Both the position numbers and the translations under genes were made by a program. From contig JAIPJO010000002.1 of NCBI GenBank assembly GCA_021734135.1, forward strand, positions 1 through 44,022: DNA of 44,022 nt, read 5' to 3'. Each line of letters begins with the position of its first letter. The stretch's first letter is position 1. The notes below the pieces were generated by a model. The model was not told where the DNA came from and did not search any database. It saw nothing but the letters and a program-made list of their open reading frames with translations. Source of the DNA: Patescibacteria group bacterium. GTDB lineage: Bacteria; Patescibacteriota; Patescibacteriia; Patescibacteriales; UBA12465. Below, piece by piece: positions 1-9,360 of this stretch.

Positions 1-19
1 AATATTAACCCTTAAATAT

Positions 20-622
20 ATGTCATTTACATTACCTAAATTAAATTATGAATATGATGCCCTAGAGCCTTATATATCAGCTAAAACTATGGAATTTCAT
101 CATAGTAAGCATCATCAAGCTTATATTGATAAAACTAATAAATTTATTAATAATACAGATACAGGACATAAAGAAAAAACTTTAGAGCAAATTTTAATTG
201 ACACAGCCCATAATCCTAATGAAACAAGCTTATTTAATAATGCTGGACAAGTATGGAATCATAATTTTTTCTGGCAAAGCTTGAGTCCTCAAGGTGGTGG
301 TGAGCCTGATAGTGAAGTAATGAAATATATTAAAGCAGCCTTTGATGACTTGGATAAATTTAAAGAAGAATTTATTGAAAAAGCTATGAGTCATTTTGGT
401 AGTGGCTGGGTATTTTTAATCTTAGAAGATGAAAAGATAAAGATAACTACAAAGTCTAATGGGGATAATCCAATAGCTCATAACCAAAAACCACTTCTTA
501 GTTTTGATATTTGGGAACATGCTTATTATTTAGATTATCAAAATAGAAAAAAGGAATATTTTCAAGCTTTTTTAGATAATTTAATAAATTGGGATTTTGT
601 AAAGGAAAATATTAATAAATAA
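20..622 (+). CDS. sod: Fe/Mn-family superoxide dismutase
   Basis: 200-aa ORF. It has the LPxLxYxYDALEP and HHxKHHQAY N-terminal motifs and the DxWEHAYYLDYQN metal-ligand motif typical of Fe/Mn SODs. Confidence 0.93.
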   Translation: MSFTLPKLNYEYDALEPYISAKTMEFHHSKHHQAYIDKTNKFINNTDTGHKEKTLEQILIDTAHNPNETSLFNNAGQVWNHNFFWQSLSPQGGGEPDSEVMKYIKAAFDDLDKFKEEFIEKAMSHFGSGWVFLILEDEKIKITTKSNGDNPIAHNQKPLLSFDIWEHAYYLDYQNRKKEYFQAFLDNLINWDFVKENINK

Positions 623-674
623 TATAGTAAATATTGAATTTAGATATATTAATAGAATTACTGGATATAACAAG

Positions 675-700
675 AATAGGGCTATATTAGCTCTATTTTT
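675..700 (+). terminator. Rho-independent terminator after sod
   Basis: Stem aatagggcta / tagctctatt (one mismatch) with a 3-nt loop, followed by a T-run. Confidence 0.55.
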
Positions 701-701
701 G

Positions 702-730
702 TTGACACTACTAATATAATATTATAATAT
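702..730 (+). promoter_or_regulatory. Candidate sigma70-type promoter for rpsB-tsf
   Basis: TTGACA at 702-707. TATAAT at 723-728 gives a 15-nt spacer; TAATAT at 725-730 gives a 17-nt spacer. AT-rich context lowers specificity. Confidence 0.35.
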
Positions 731-784
731 AGATATAGAGGGAAAACCTCATTTTTTAATTAAATTAATAATAATTATCACGCA

Positions 785-835
785 CACCTTCTTTTAATAT
801 TTCTTGCTTAAAAAATTAAGCTTTGAAGGTGGAGG
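785..835 (+). promoter_or_regulatory. Structured rpsB 5' leader abutting the SD
   Basis: caccttc (785-791) pairs with gaaggtg (825-831). This helix encloses a perfect hairpin gcttaa-aaaa-ttaagc (806-821). The 3' arm runs into the GGAGG at 831-835. Confidence 0.3.
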
Positions 836-849
836 ATAAAAAGAAAATT

Positions 850-1536
850 ATGACAAAATTACCATCATTAGAAGAGATGCTCAAGGCTGGTATGCACTTT
901 GGGCACAGAACAAGCCGTTGGCACCCAAAAATGGAGCCATTTATTTTTGGCAAAAGAAATAATATTTATATTATTGATCTTGAGAAGAGTCAAAAACAGC
1001 TAAAGAATGCTATTGAATTTATGCAAAATTTAGTACAAGAAAACAAATCAATATTATTTGTTGGTACTAAAAAACAAGTACAAAAGCCACTTAAAGAAGT
1101 TGCTCAAGAACTTAATATGCCTTATGTAGTTGAAAAATGGTTAGGAGGATTTTTAACAAACTTTGCAGTAGTTAAAAAATCAATTAAAAGGTATCTTGAC
1201 CTTAAAGAACAGCAAGAATCTGGTAAATTAGATAAATATACTAAAAAAGAAAAATTAGATTTTGAAAGAGAAATTGAGAAAATGGAGAGTAAATTAGGAG
1301 GACTTAGTGGTTTAAAGAAATTACCTGATGCTTTATTTGTTTGGGATATTAGAGAGGAAGAAACAGCTATTGTTGAAGCTAGAAAAAAGAATATTCCAAT
1401 TATTGCAATTTGTGATACTAATGTTAATCCTGAGTTAGTAAACTATCCAATTGCTTGTAATGATGATGCTACTAAAGCTGTAAAATTAGTATTAGATACT
1501 ATTAAGGATAACCTTAAAAACATTGATAAGAAATAA
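850..1536 (+). CDS. rpsB: 30S ribosomal protein S2
   Basis: MLKAGMHFGHRTSRWHPKM and IICDTN motifs. I prefer ATG 850 (GGAGG at 831-835) over the TTG at 823 given in the ORF track, because it gives the usual S2 N-terminal length. Confidence 0.95.
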   Translation: MTKLPSLEEMLKAGMHFGHRTSRWHPKMEPFIFGKRNNIYIIDLEKSQKQLKNAIEFMQNLVQENKSILFVGTKKQVQKPLKEVAQELNMPYVVEKWLGGFLTNFAVVKKSIKRYLDLKEQQESGKLDKYTKKEKLDFEREIEKMESKLGGLSGLKKLPDALFVWDIREEETAIVEARKKNIPIIAICDTNVNPELVNYPIACNDDATKAVKLVLDTIKDNLKNIDKK

Positions 1537-1550
1537 TTAAAATTATATAT

Positions 1551-2348
1551 ATGGAAACTTTAAAAAAATTACGTGAACAAACCGGAGCAGGTATTGTTGA
1601 TTGTCAAAAAGCTCTAAAAGAGGCTGAAGGTGATTTAAATAAAGCTGTTGAAATTTTAAGAAAAAAAGGAATTTCAAAAGCTTCTAAGAGAATGGATAAG
1701 GAGGCAACTGAAGGAATAATTAAAGCTGGTATTAGTGAAGATAAAAAAACTGCTTATATTTTAGAATTGAATTCAGAAACTGATTTTGTAGCAAGAAACG
1801 AACAATTTCAAGAATTTGCTAATAAATTACTTAAAGTAGCGCAAGAAAAAAATGTTGATACTAAGGAAGAGTTGTTAGCATTAGATTTTGAAGAAACTAA
1901 TGTAAGTGATGCTATTGATGCTTTAAGTGGAGTTATTGGAGAAAAAATTGTTTTGGGTAAATATAATAAATTAAGTGGTGAAACTGTTTCAGCTTATATT
2001 CATATGGGTGGAAAAATTGGTATAATATTATCTTTAGATAAAGAAGGTATGGAAAGTATTGCCAGTGATATTGCTATGCATATTGCTGCCTTAAATCCTA
2101 AATATATCAAACCTGAAGATGTACCAGAAGAAGAGGTAAATAAAGAGAAAGAAATATATAAAGAACAACTTCTTAAAGAAGGTAAACCTGAAAATATTAT
2201 AGATAAAATTTTAGAAGGTAAAATTAATAAATATTATTCAGAAGTTTGCTTGGTAAAACAGGATTTCATTAAAGATGAAGATAATAAAGTTGAAGATGTT
2301 TTGGGTGAAGCTCAAATAGTTAACTTTATTCGTTACAGCTTATCATAA
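1551..2348 (+). CDS. tsf: Translation elongation factor Ts
   Basis: N-terminal UBA-like LREQTGAGIVDCQKALKEAEGDLNKAVEILRKKG, and the position directly after rpsB. Confidence 0.95.
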   Translation: METLKKLREQTGAGIVDCQKALKEAEGDLNKAVEILRKKGISKASKRMDKEATEGIIKAGISEDKKTAYILELNSETDFVARNEQFQEFANKLLKVAQEKNVDTKEELLALDFEETNVSDAIDALSGVIGEKIVLGKYNKLSGETVSAYIHMGGKIGIILSLDKEGMESIASDIAMHIAALNPKYIKPEDVPEEEVNKEKEIYKEQLLKEGKPENIIDKILEGKINKYYSEVCLVKQDFIKDEDNKVEDVLGEAQIVNFIRYSLS

Positions 2349-2405
2349 TAAAATATTCATTATTTCATTCAATGATTTAAGTCTTAGTTTGAGATAATTT
2401 TAAAT

Positions 2406-3275
2406 ATGTCTAAAATAGTTAAAATTAAATTTTCTACTTGGGATAAAGACTATGACTTTTTAAGTAATGGCTTAGATTTAAAAGTTGGTGATCATGTGAT
2501 TGTTGATACTGAATTGGGTAGAGATATAGGAATTGTTAATGAAGTTGTCCTAGATAGTACTAATACTGAAATTAAAGAGGCTGAAGATACTGAAAATGAT
2601 TCTAATAAAAATGAAGAAATTAAACCCGTTATTAGATTAGCAGATAGTGATGATTATGCTAAATTGCCAGATAGAGAAGAAAAATTAAAAGCCTTAAAGT
2701 ATTGCAAAGAAAGAATTGAAAAACATGAATTACCAATGAAATTAGTTGATGTACATTTCTCTTTAACTGGTAAACGTTTAAATTTTGCTTTTATATCAGA
2801 GGGTAGAGTAGACTTTAGAGATTTAGTTAGAGATTTATCGGCTCATTTTAATGGTAATATTAGATTAACTCAAATTGGAAGTAGAGATGAAGCTAGGGTG
2901 AGTGGTGATTTTGGGCCATGTGGTTTACCTCTTTGTTGTAAACGTTTTATTAATAAATTTTCATCAATAACCTCAGATATGGCTGAATGTCAGCAAGTGG
3001 TTCATAGAGGTAGTGAAAGATTATCAGGAATGTGTAATCGCTTAATGTGTTGTCTTTCTTATGAGCAGGATTGTTATAAAGAATTAGCTAAAAAAATGCC
3101 TGCTGTTGGAACAAGAGTAACTGTAGATGGACAAAAAGGTGTTGTAATTTCTCAGCATATCTTAAAGCAAAGCGTTGATGTAGAATTTAAAGTAAAAAAT
3201 AATGGCAGTGGTTATGAAAAAACAGTAACTGAGGTAGATTTAAATAGAAATAAAAAGAAAAAAGAAGAAATTTAA
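2406..3275 (+). CDS. PSP1-domain protein (YaaT/RicT-like)
   Basis: Central FAFISEGRVDFRDLVRDL and Cys-rich GPCGLPLCCKRF...CNRLMCCLSYE segment characteristic of the PSP1 C-terminal domain. Confidence 0.8.
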   Translation: MSKIVKIKFSTWDKDYDFLSNGLDLKVGDHVIVDTELGRDIGIVNEVVLDSTNTEIKEAEDTENDSNKNEEIKPVIRLADSDDYAKLPDREEKLKALKYCKERIEKHELPMKLVDVHFSLTGKRLNFAFISEGRVDFRDLVRDLSAHFNGNIRLTQIGSRDEARVSGDFGPCGLPLCCKRFINKFSSITSDMAECQQVVHRGSERLSGMCNRLMCCLSYEQDCYKELAKKMPAVGTRVTVDGQKGVVISQHILKQSVDVEFKVKNNGSGYEKTVTEVDLNRNKKKKEEI

Positions 3276-3315
3276 AGCATCAAAAATCAAATAAAAGATT
3301 ATATTTATTTATATT

Positions 3316-3343
3316 AAAAAAACCGATTTATATCGGTTTTTTT
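3316..3343 (+). terminator. Rho-independent terminator
   Basis: aaaaaaaccgat-ttat-atcggttttttt: a perfect 12-bp stem whose 3' arm is the T-run. Confidence 0.75.
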
Positions 3344-3447
3344 AGTTAATGAGATTTAATTGATAAAAATGCTTGATAAAAATATTATTTTTCTAAATAT
3401 CTAAAATATGTTATTATAAGAGTATAAAAATTTAACTTTTCACACAT

Positions 3448-4470
3448 ATGCCTAAAAAAACTAAAATTGCCATTAATGGTTTTGGTAGGATTGGTAGAGC
3501 TACTTTTAAGATAATCTTAAATGAAAATCCTAATTTAGAGGTGGTAGCAATAAATGATTTAAGTGATATAAAAACATTAGCTAATCTTTTAAAATATGAT
3601 AGTGCTTATGGTAAATATGATAAAGAAGTAAAAGAATTATCTGATAGTATTAAAGTTGCTGGTAAAAAATATAAAATCTATAATGAAAAAGATCCTGAAA
3701 ATTTACCATGGAAAGAATTGAATGTTGATGTTGTTTTAGAATGTACTGGCATCTTTAAAGATAAAAAGAGTGCTGGTAAGCATATTAGCGCTGGAGCAAA
3801 AAAAGTCATAATTTCTGCCCCTACTAAAGATACTAAAAAAATTAAAACTATTGTTTTAGGAGTAAATGAGAAAGAAATAAATAAATCTGATGATATATTA
3901 TCATGTGCTTCTTGTACAACTAATTGTTTAGCACCAATAGCTGAAGTTGTTCGTTCTAAATTTGGCATTAAAAAGAGTTTAATGACTACTATTCATGCCT
4001 ATACTGCTAGTCAATCACTCGTTGATGGCCCACATAAAGATTTAAGAAGAGGTAGAGCAGGAGCTATTAACATTGTTCCTACTACCACTGGTGCTGCTAA
4101 GGCTACTGGACTTGTAATAAAGTCTTTAAATAATAAGTTAGATGGTATGGCAATGAGGGTGCCAATACTTGTAGGATCAATCGTAGACGCTACTTTTCTA
4201 TTAAAGAAAAAAACAGATATAAATAAAGTTAAAAAAGCCTTTATTTCAGCTTCTAAGTTAAAGAAATTTAAAGGTATAATAAAGGCAAGCACTGAACCAA
4301 TTGTTTCTAGTGATATAGTTGCTAGTTCATATAGTTCTATAGTTGATTTAGAGTTTATCACTTTAATGGATGGCGATTTTCTTAAGGTTGTTGCTTGGTA
4401 TGATAATGAATGGGGTTATAGTAGTCGTTTAGTTGATCTTAGTGTTTTAGTTTCTAAAAAATATCTTTAA
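3448..4470 (+). CDS. gap: Type I glyceraldehyde-3-phosphate dehydrogenase, probably NAD-dependent
   Basis: NGFGRIGR Rossmann start, Asp in VVAINDL, catalytic SCTTNCLAP, and C-terminal WYDNEWGYS. Confidence 0.95.
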   Translation: MPKKTKIAINGFGRIGRATFKIILNENPNLEVVAINDLSDIKTLANLLKYDSAYGKYDKEVKELSDSIKVAGKKYKIYNEKDPENLPWKELNVDVVLECTGIFKDKKSAGKHISAGAKKVIISAPTKDTKKIKTIVLGVNEKEINKSDDILSCASCTTNCLAPIAEVVRSKFGIKKSLMTTIHAYTASQSLVDGPHKDLRRGRAGAINIVPTTTGAAKATGLVIKSLNNKLDGMAMRVPILVGSIVDATFLLKKKTDINKVKKAFISASKLKKFKGIIKASTEPIVSSDIVASSYSSIVDLEFITLMDGDFLKVVAWYDNEWGYSSRLVDLSVLVSKKYL

Positions 4471-4472
4471 GT

Positions 4473-5468
4473 ATGGATTTACTTAAAAAAGTAAAAAATA
4501 ATAATTTAAAAGGTAGGGGTGGGGCAGGTTTTCCAGTTCATGATAAATGGAGTTTAGTTATAAAAGCAAAAGGAAGAGAGAAATATCTTATTGTTAATGG
4601 AGCTGAAGGTGAACCGGGTGTAAAAAAAGATGAATATATTATTAAACATTATACTGAAGAATTACTTAGCGGTATTAAAATTATTTTAGATTATATTAAA
4701 GCTAAAAAATGTATTTTATTTTTAAATCATAATTATATTAAATATGATGAAAAAATAAAAAAATATATAGATAGTAGTTATAATATAGAGATTGTATATA
4801 AAGAAAAAAATGCTGGATATATTGCTGGTGAAGAGAGTACTATGTTAAATATTCTAGAAGGTAAGCGTAGTGAACCAAGGATTAGACCTCCATTTCCAAC
4901 AGAAAGTGGATATAAAGGAAGTCCTACCTTGATACATAATATTGAAACTATTTATAATATTTATTTAGTTTCTTGCTCTCAGTACAAAAAAAACAGATTC
5001 TATACTATAAATGGTGAAGTAAAAAATCCTGGTGTATATAATTTACCAGCTAATTATAGTATTGCTAGAATACTGGAGGAAACTAATAACTTACCATTGT
5101 TCAAATTTTTTGTTCAACATGGAGGACAGGCTAGCGGGGAAATGTTAAATTCATCTCAACTAGAAAAAAAAGTTTCTGGTAGTGGCGCTATTACTATTTA
5201 TAGCTACAAAAATAATAATGATTATGAATTAATTAAGAGATTAATTAATTTTTATTTCAATAGTTCTTGTGGAAAGTGTACGCCCTGTAGAGAGGGTACT
5301 TATAGACTTAAAGAAATGCTTAGCAAAGAAAAAATGGACTGGAAACATTTTTTAGAATTAATTGATAATTTAGAAAATAGTTCATTTTGCGCTTTAGGAT
5401 CATCTTTAGCACTACCTATTAAATCATATATAAAAAATATTAATCCTAAATTTAAACCAGAACTTTAA
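4473..5468 (+). CDS. NuoF/HydB-like flavoprotein subunit (NADH- and FMN-binding, one 4Fe-4S), short form
   Basis: GRGGAGFP FMN motif, NGAEGEPG, EESTMLN, and CGKCTPCREG...FCALG cluster motif. It has only about 12 residues before the FMN motif and no extra ferredoxin domains. Confidence 0.85.
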   Translation: MDLLKKVKNNNLKGRGGAGFPVHDKWSLVIKAKGREKYLIVNGAEGEPGVKKDEYIIKHYTEELLSGIKIILDYIKAKKCILFLNHNYIKYDEKIKKYIDSSYNIEIVYKEKNAGYIAGEESTMLNILEGKRSEPRIRPPFPTESGYKGSPTLIHNIETIYNIYLVSCSQYKKNRFYTINGEVKNPGVYNLPANYSIARILEETNNLPLFKFFVQHGGQASGEMLNSSQLEKKVSGSGAITIYSYKNNNDYELIKRLINFYFNSSCGKCTPCREGTYRLKEMLSKEKMDWKHFLELIDNLENSSFCALGSSLALPIKSYIKNINPKFKPEL

Positions 5469-5470
5469 AT

Positions 5471-7201
5471 ATGAAAAAGTTTTATATTAAAATTAATAAT
5501 AAAAAGATTCTATGTAGTGAGCGAGATTCAATTTTAAATGTTGCTAGAAAAAATAAAATTGATATTCCTTCTTTGTGTTATCACCCTGATTTACCAGTTA
5601 AAGGTAATTGTGGTTTATGTTTAGTGGAAATAAAAGGTGCTAAAAAATTACTTAGGGCTTGCTCTGTTAAGGCAAAAGCAGGTATGGAAGTTAAGACTAA
5701 TACAGCTAAGGTAGTTAAATCAAGAAATTTAAATTTAGAGCTTTTATATGCTGAACATATAAATAAATGTAGTACTTGTGTAAATAGTATTGATTGTCAA
5801 CTTTTAAAGTTAGCTAGAAAATATAAAATAAATGCTAGCAATTTTCCTAAAAGAAAGACTGAGCGCAAAACATATAAGTTTGCTAATGCCGTGGAGATAG
5901 ATGGTAGTCAATGTATTGATTGCAGATCTTGTATTGACTCTTGTCAATTACTTAGTGGCATTAAACATTTAGAATTAAAAGGTAAAGGTGTAAAACAAGA
6001 GATTGTACCTAAAGGTCAAAAAGATAAATTAAGTGGCTTAGCTGCTAAGAAAAAGGGCTTTGCTTGTATATATTGTGGTCAATGTGCTCTGCATTGTCCA
6101 GTTGGTGCAGCTCAAGAACAAGATCAAATAAGTGAGGTAGAGACAGCTTTAAAGAATAAAAATGAAGATGAACTTATAGTAGCACAAATAGCTCCTTCAG
6201 TAAGAGTTAGTATTGGTGAGGAATTTGGTTTAAAACCAGGCACTTTAGTTACTGGTAAGCTAGTTACAGCTTTAAAAAAGTTAGGCTTTGATGCAGTTAT
6301 AGATGTTAATTTTGGAGCAGATACTACAACCATGGTAGAGGCGCAAGAATTAATTGATAGAATAAAAAATAAGAAACCGTTACCGCTTTTAACTTCTTGT
6401 TGTCCGGCTTGGGTCAGATATCTTGAATATTATCAACCAGAACTTATTAAATATTTAACATCTTCACGTTCACCACAAATGCATACAGCAGGACTAATAA
6501 AAACTTATTTTGCAAAAAGAAATAATATTTCTCCAGATAAAATAAAAGTTGTCTCTATTATGCCATGTACAGCTAAAAAATATGAAGCTACTAGAAAAGA
6601 ATTGAGGTTCAATAATAAAGATTTGATTGATTTTGTTTTAACAACTAGAGAAACAGCCTTTTTAATTGCTAAAAATAAAATAAAATTTAATGCTCTTAAA
6701 AATTCAAGTATGAATAATATTTTGTCTGAACATACAGGAGCAGCTGCTATTTATGGTTCTAGTGGAGGTGTAATGGAATCAGCAATTCGCACAGCTTTGC
6801 ATATATTAGAAAATAAAAAATTACCTAAAATTGATTTTAAAGAGTGTCGTGGCATGAAAGGATTAAAAGAAGCTAGTATAAAGATAAAAAATAGAAAATT
6901 AAATATCGCTATTGTTAATGGTTTAGCTAATTTTCAAAAAATAGTTGACCATATACAAAAATATGACTATATTGAAGTAATGACTTGTCCAGGTGGTTGT
7001 ATTGGTGGGGGTGGTCAACCAATCCCTACAAACTCAGATATTAGAGAAGCTAGAATGAAAGCTTTATATAATATAGACTCTAAAAAGAAACTTAGAAAGG
7101 CTCATGAAAATACTTATGCTTTAAAAGCTCTTCATTATTTAGAAAGTCAAAAAATTGATAAACAGATATTACATACTACTTATAGTGAAAAGAAAAAATA
7201 A
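5471..7201 (+). CDS. hydA: [FeFe] hydrogenase catalytic subunit (CpI/M3-like architecture)
   Basis: N-terminal 2Fe-2S (CYHPDL...CGLC...AC), CIDCRSCIDSC and CIYCGQCALHCP ferredoxin motifs, and H-cluster motifs TSCCPAW, MPCTAKKYE and CPGGCIGGGGQP. Confidence 0.93.
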   Translation: MKKFYIKINNKKILCSERDSILNVARKNKIDIPSLCYHPDLPVKGNCGLCLVEIKGAKKLLRACSVKAKAGMEVKTNTAKVVKSRNLNLELLYAEHINKCSTCVNSIDCQLLKLARKYKINASNFPKRKTERKTYKFANAVEIDGSQCIDCRSCIDSCQLLSGIKHLELKGKGVKQEIVPKGQKDKLSGLAAKKKGFACIYCGQCALHCPVGAAQEQDQISEVETALKNKNEDELIVAQIAPSVRVSIGEEFGLKPGTLVTGKLVTALKKLGFDAVIDVNFGADTTTMVEAQELIDRIKNKKPLPLLTSCCPAWVRYLEYYQPELIKYLTSSRSPQMHTAGLIKTYFAKRNNISPDKIKVVSIMPCTAKKYEATRKELRFNNKDLIDFVLTTRETAFLIAKNKIKFNALKNSSMNNILSEHTGAAAIYGSSGGVMESAIRTALHILENKKLPKIDFKECRGMKGLKEASIKIKNRKLNIAIVNGLANFQKIVDHIQKYDYIEVMTCPGGCIGGGGQPIPTNSDIREARMKALYNIDSKKKLRKAHENTYALKALHYLESQKIDKQILHTTYSEKKK

Positions 7202-7205
7202 AATT

Positions 7206-8633
7206 ATGTTTCCTTTATATATAAAAAATACTTTAGAAAAATTAAATAATGCTGATCATGAAGCTTATGTTGTAGGTGGTTGCGTTCGTGATATATTAAT
7301 GAAAAAAGCTCCCAATGATTGGGATATTACCACTAGCGCTACACCTGAAGAAATAATGGCAGTTTTTGATAATGCTAAATATGAAAATGATTTCGGCACT
7401 GTTTTAGTGCCTATAAAAGAAAAAGAGGAATTAATAGATGTTTTAGAGATCACTACTTATCGTAGTGAAAAAGGTTATAGTGATAATCGCAGGCCTGATG
7501 AGGTTAAATTTGAAAATGAATTAGAAAAAGATTTAGAACGTAGAGATTTCACTATTAATGCTTTAGCTATGAATAAAGAGGAAGAAATAATTGATTTATT
7601 TGGTGGTTTAAAGGATATTGATAAAAAAATAATCAGAGCTGTAGGTGAACCAATGGAACGCTTTAAAGAAGATGCATTGAGATTGCTTAGAGCTATTAGA
7701 TTATCAGCTCAGCTTAACTTTGGTATTGAAAATAAAACTGAAAGAGCCATACTTAAAATGGCTGGTTCAGTTAAGTTTGTTTCTCAAGAAAGAATAAGAG
7801 ATGAATTAATTAAAATGTTAAAAACAAATAATGGACATTTAGCTATTAAAAGATTACATGATAATAAAATATTACAGTATATTTTGCCTGAAATAGAAGC
7901 AGGTGTAAATGTTAGTCAAAATCATCATCATATATATACAGTTTTTGAACATAGTTGGAGAGCTTTGGCTAGTTGTCCTAGCTCTGATTGGAGAGTTAAA
8001 TTAGCAGCACTTCTTCATGATGTGGGTAAACCAAAATCTAAAAAAATAATTAAAGGTGAGCCAACTTTCTATAATCATGAGTATATTGGAGCTAAAATGA
8101 CAGATAAAATATTGAAACGTTTAAGATTTAAAAATGAAGACAGAGAAAAGATTGTTAATTTAGTAAAAAATCATATGTTTTATTATAATGCAGGTGAAGT
8201 TACTGCTAGTTCCGTTAGAAGATTAATAAAAAAAGTTGGACAAGATAATTTAAAAGATTTAATTGATTTACGTATAGCTGATAGATTAGGCTCTGGTACT
8301 CCTAAAGCTAAACCATATAAACTTCGACATTTAGAATATATGATGGAGAAAGTTCAACATGACCCAGTTTCAGTAAAAAGTTTAAAAATAAATGGTAATG
8401 ATTTAATGAAAGACTTAAAATTAGAGCCAAGCCCTAAAATAGGTGCAATACTTGAAGTTTTATTAGCTGAAGTAATCGAAGATCCTAAATTAAATGAATA
8501 TAAATTATTATTAAAACGAGCAAATGAGTTACAAAAAGATAATTTAGAGAGTTTAAGAAAACAAGCTAAGGATTTAATTGAACAGGAAAATATAAAAGAA
8601 GATAAAAAAATTAAAAAACAATATTATGTTTAA
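7206..8633 (+). CDS. cca: CCA-adding tRNA nucleotidyltransferase with HD domain
   Basis: VVGGCVRD, RRDFTINA and LLHDVGKP motifs. ATG 7206 is chosen because the 7155 start would overlap hydA. Confidence 0.9.
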   Translation: MFPLYIKNTLEKLNNADHEAYVVGGCVRDILMKKAPNDWDITTSATPEEIMAVFDNAKYENDFGTVLVPIKEKEELIDVLEITTYRSEKGYSDNRRPDEVKFENELEKDLERRDFTINALAMNKEEEIIDLFGGLKDIDKKIIRAVGEPMERFKEDALRLLRAIRLSAQLNFGIENKTERAILKMAGSVKFVSQERIRDELIKMLKTNNGHLAIKRLHDNKILQYILPEIEAGVNVSQNHHHIYTVFEHSWRALASCPSSDWRVKLAALLHDVGKPKSKKIIKGEPTFYNHEYIGAKMTDKILKRLRFKNEDREKIVNLVKNHMFYYNAGEVTASSVRRLIKKVGQDNLKDLIDLRIADRLGSGTPKAKPYKLRHLEYMMEKVQHDPVSVKSLKINGNDLMKDLKLEPSPKIGAILEVLLAEVIEDPKLNEYKLLLKRANELQKDNLESLRKQAKDLIEQENIKEDKKIKKQYYV

Positions 8634-9324
8634 AAAAATAAAATTTAGTAGTAAGATATTAATAATTTTAGCACTTAGTTTAGTCTTGGGTGCTTGTACA
8701 AATTCTAATTCATTAAATAATCAGACTAATATTAATCAAGGAAATAATATTAACAATAACAATATGGCCAATGAAAATAATAGAACAGTTCATAATCAAA
8801 AAGATTTAGCTCAAGAATATCAATATGTAGTATTAAATACTAATTATGGCGATGTTAAAATTAAATTATATACTGAGAAGACTCCTATTACTGCTAATAA
8901 CTTTTTAAACTTAGCTCAAGACGGTTTTTATAATGAGACAAAGTTTCATAGAATAATAGAAGGATTTATGATTCAAGGTGGAGATCCTTTAACTAAAGAT
9001 GACAAACAAAAAGATCGTTGGGGAACAGGTTCTCCTGGTTATGTGATTCCAAATGAAGATGTAAAAGAGGTTTCTAATTTAGAAGGTACTATTTCTATGG
9101 CTAATTCTGGTCCAGACACAGGTGGTTCTCAATTTTTTATTAATACAGCTGATAATCAGGCTCTAGATTATAATAAACAACCACTACAAAGTCAGCATAG
9201 TGTTTTTGGTGAAGTAGTAGAAGGAATGGAAGTGGTAAAAGAGATTGAATCACTAGAAACAGACCTTAGAGATAGGCCACTTGAAGATGCAGTAATTACT
9301 AGTGTAGAGTTATTAAAAGAATAA
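8626..9324 (+). CDS. Cyclophilin-type peptidyl-prolyl isomerase, predicted lipoprotein
   Basis: Signal peptide with an LGAC lipobox, an Asn-rich linker, then FHRIIEGFMIQGGDP and GGSQFFI cyclophilin motifs. Confidence 0.9.
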   Translation: MFKKIKFSSKILIILALSLVLGACTNSNSLNNQTNINQGNNINNNNMANENNRTVHNQKDLAQEYQYVVLNTNYGDVKIKLYTEKTPITANNFLNLAQDGFYNETKFHRIIEGFMIQGGDPLTKDDKQKDRWGTGSPGYVIPNEDVKEVSNLEGTISMANSGPDTGGSQFFINTADNQALDYNKQPLQSQHSVFGEVVEGMEVVKEIESLETDLRDRPLEDAVITSVELLKE

Positions 9325-9360
9325 ATAAAGCAAAAATTACAATTAAATCACTTTAATTAT

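Noticed and set aside
3360-3383. The direct repeat ttgataaaaat x2 (period 13) upstream of gap as an operator.
   Set aside because: It is a short low-complexity A/T repeat overlapping plausible -35 hexamers, and cannot be distinguished from chance without comparative data. It is kept only as a note.
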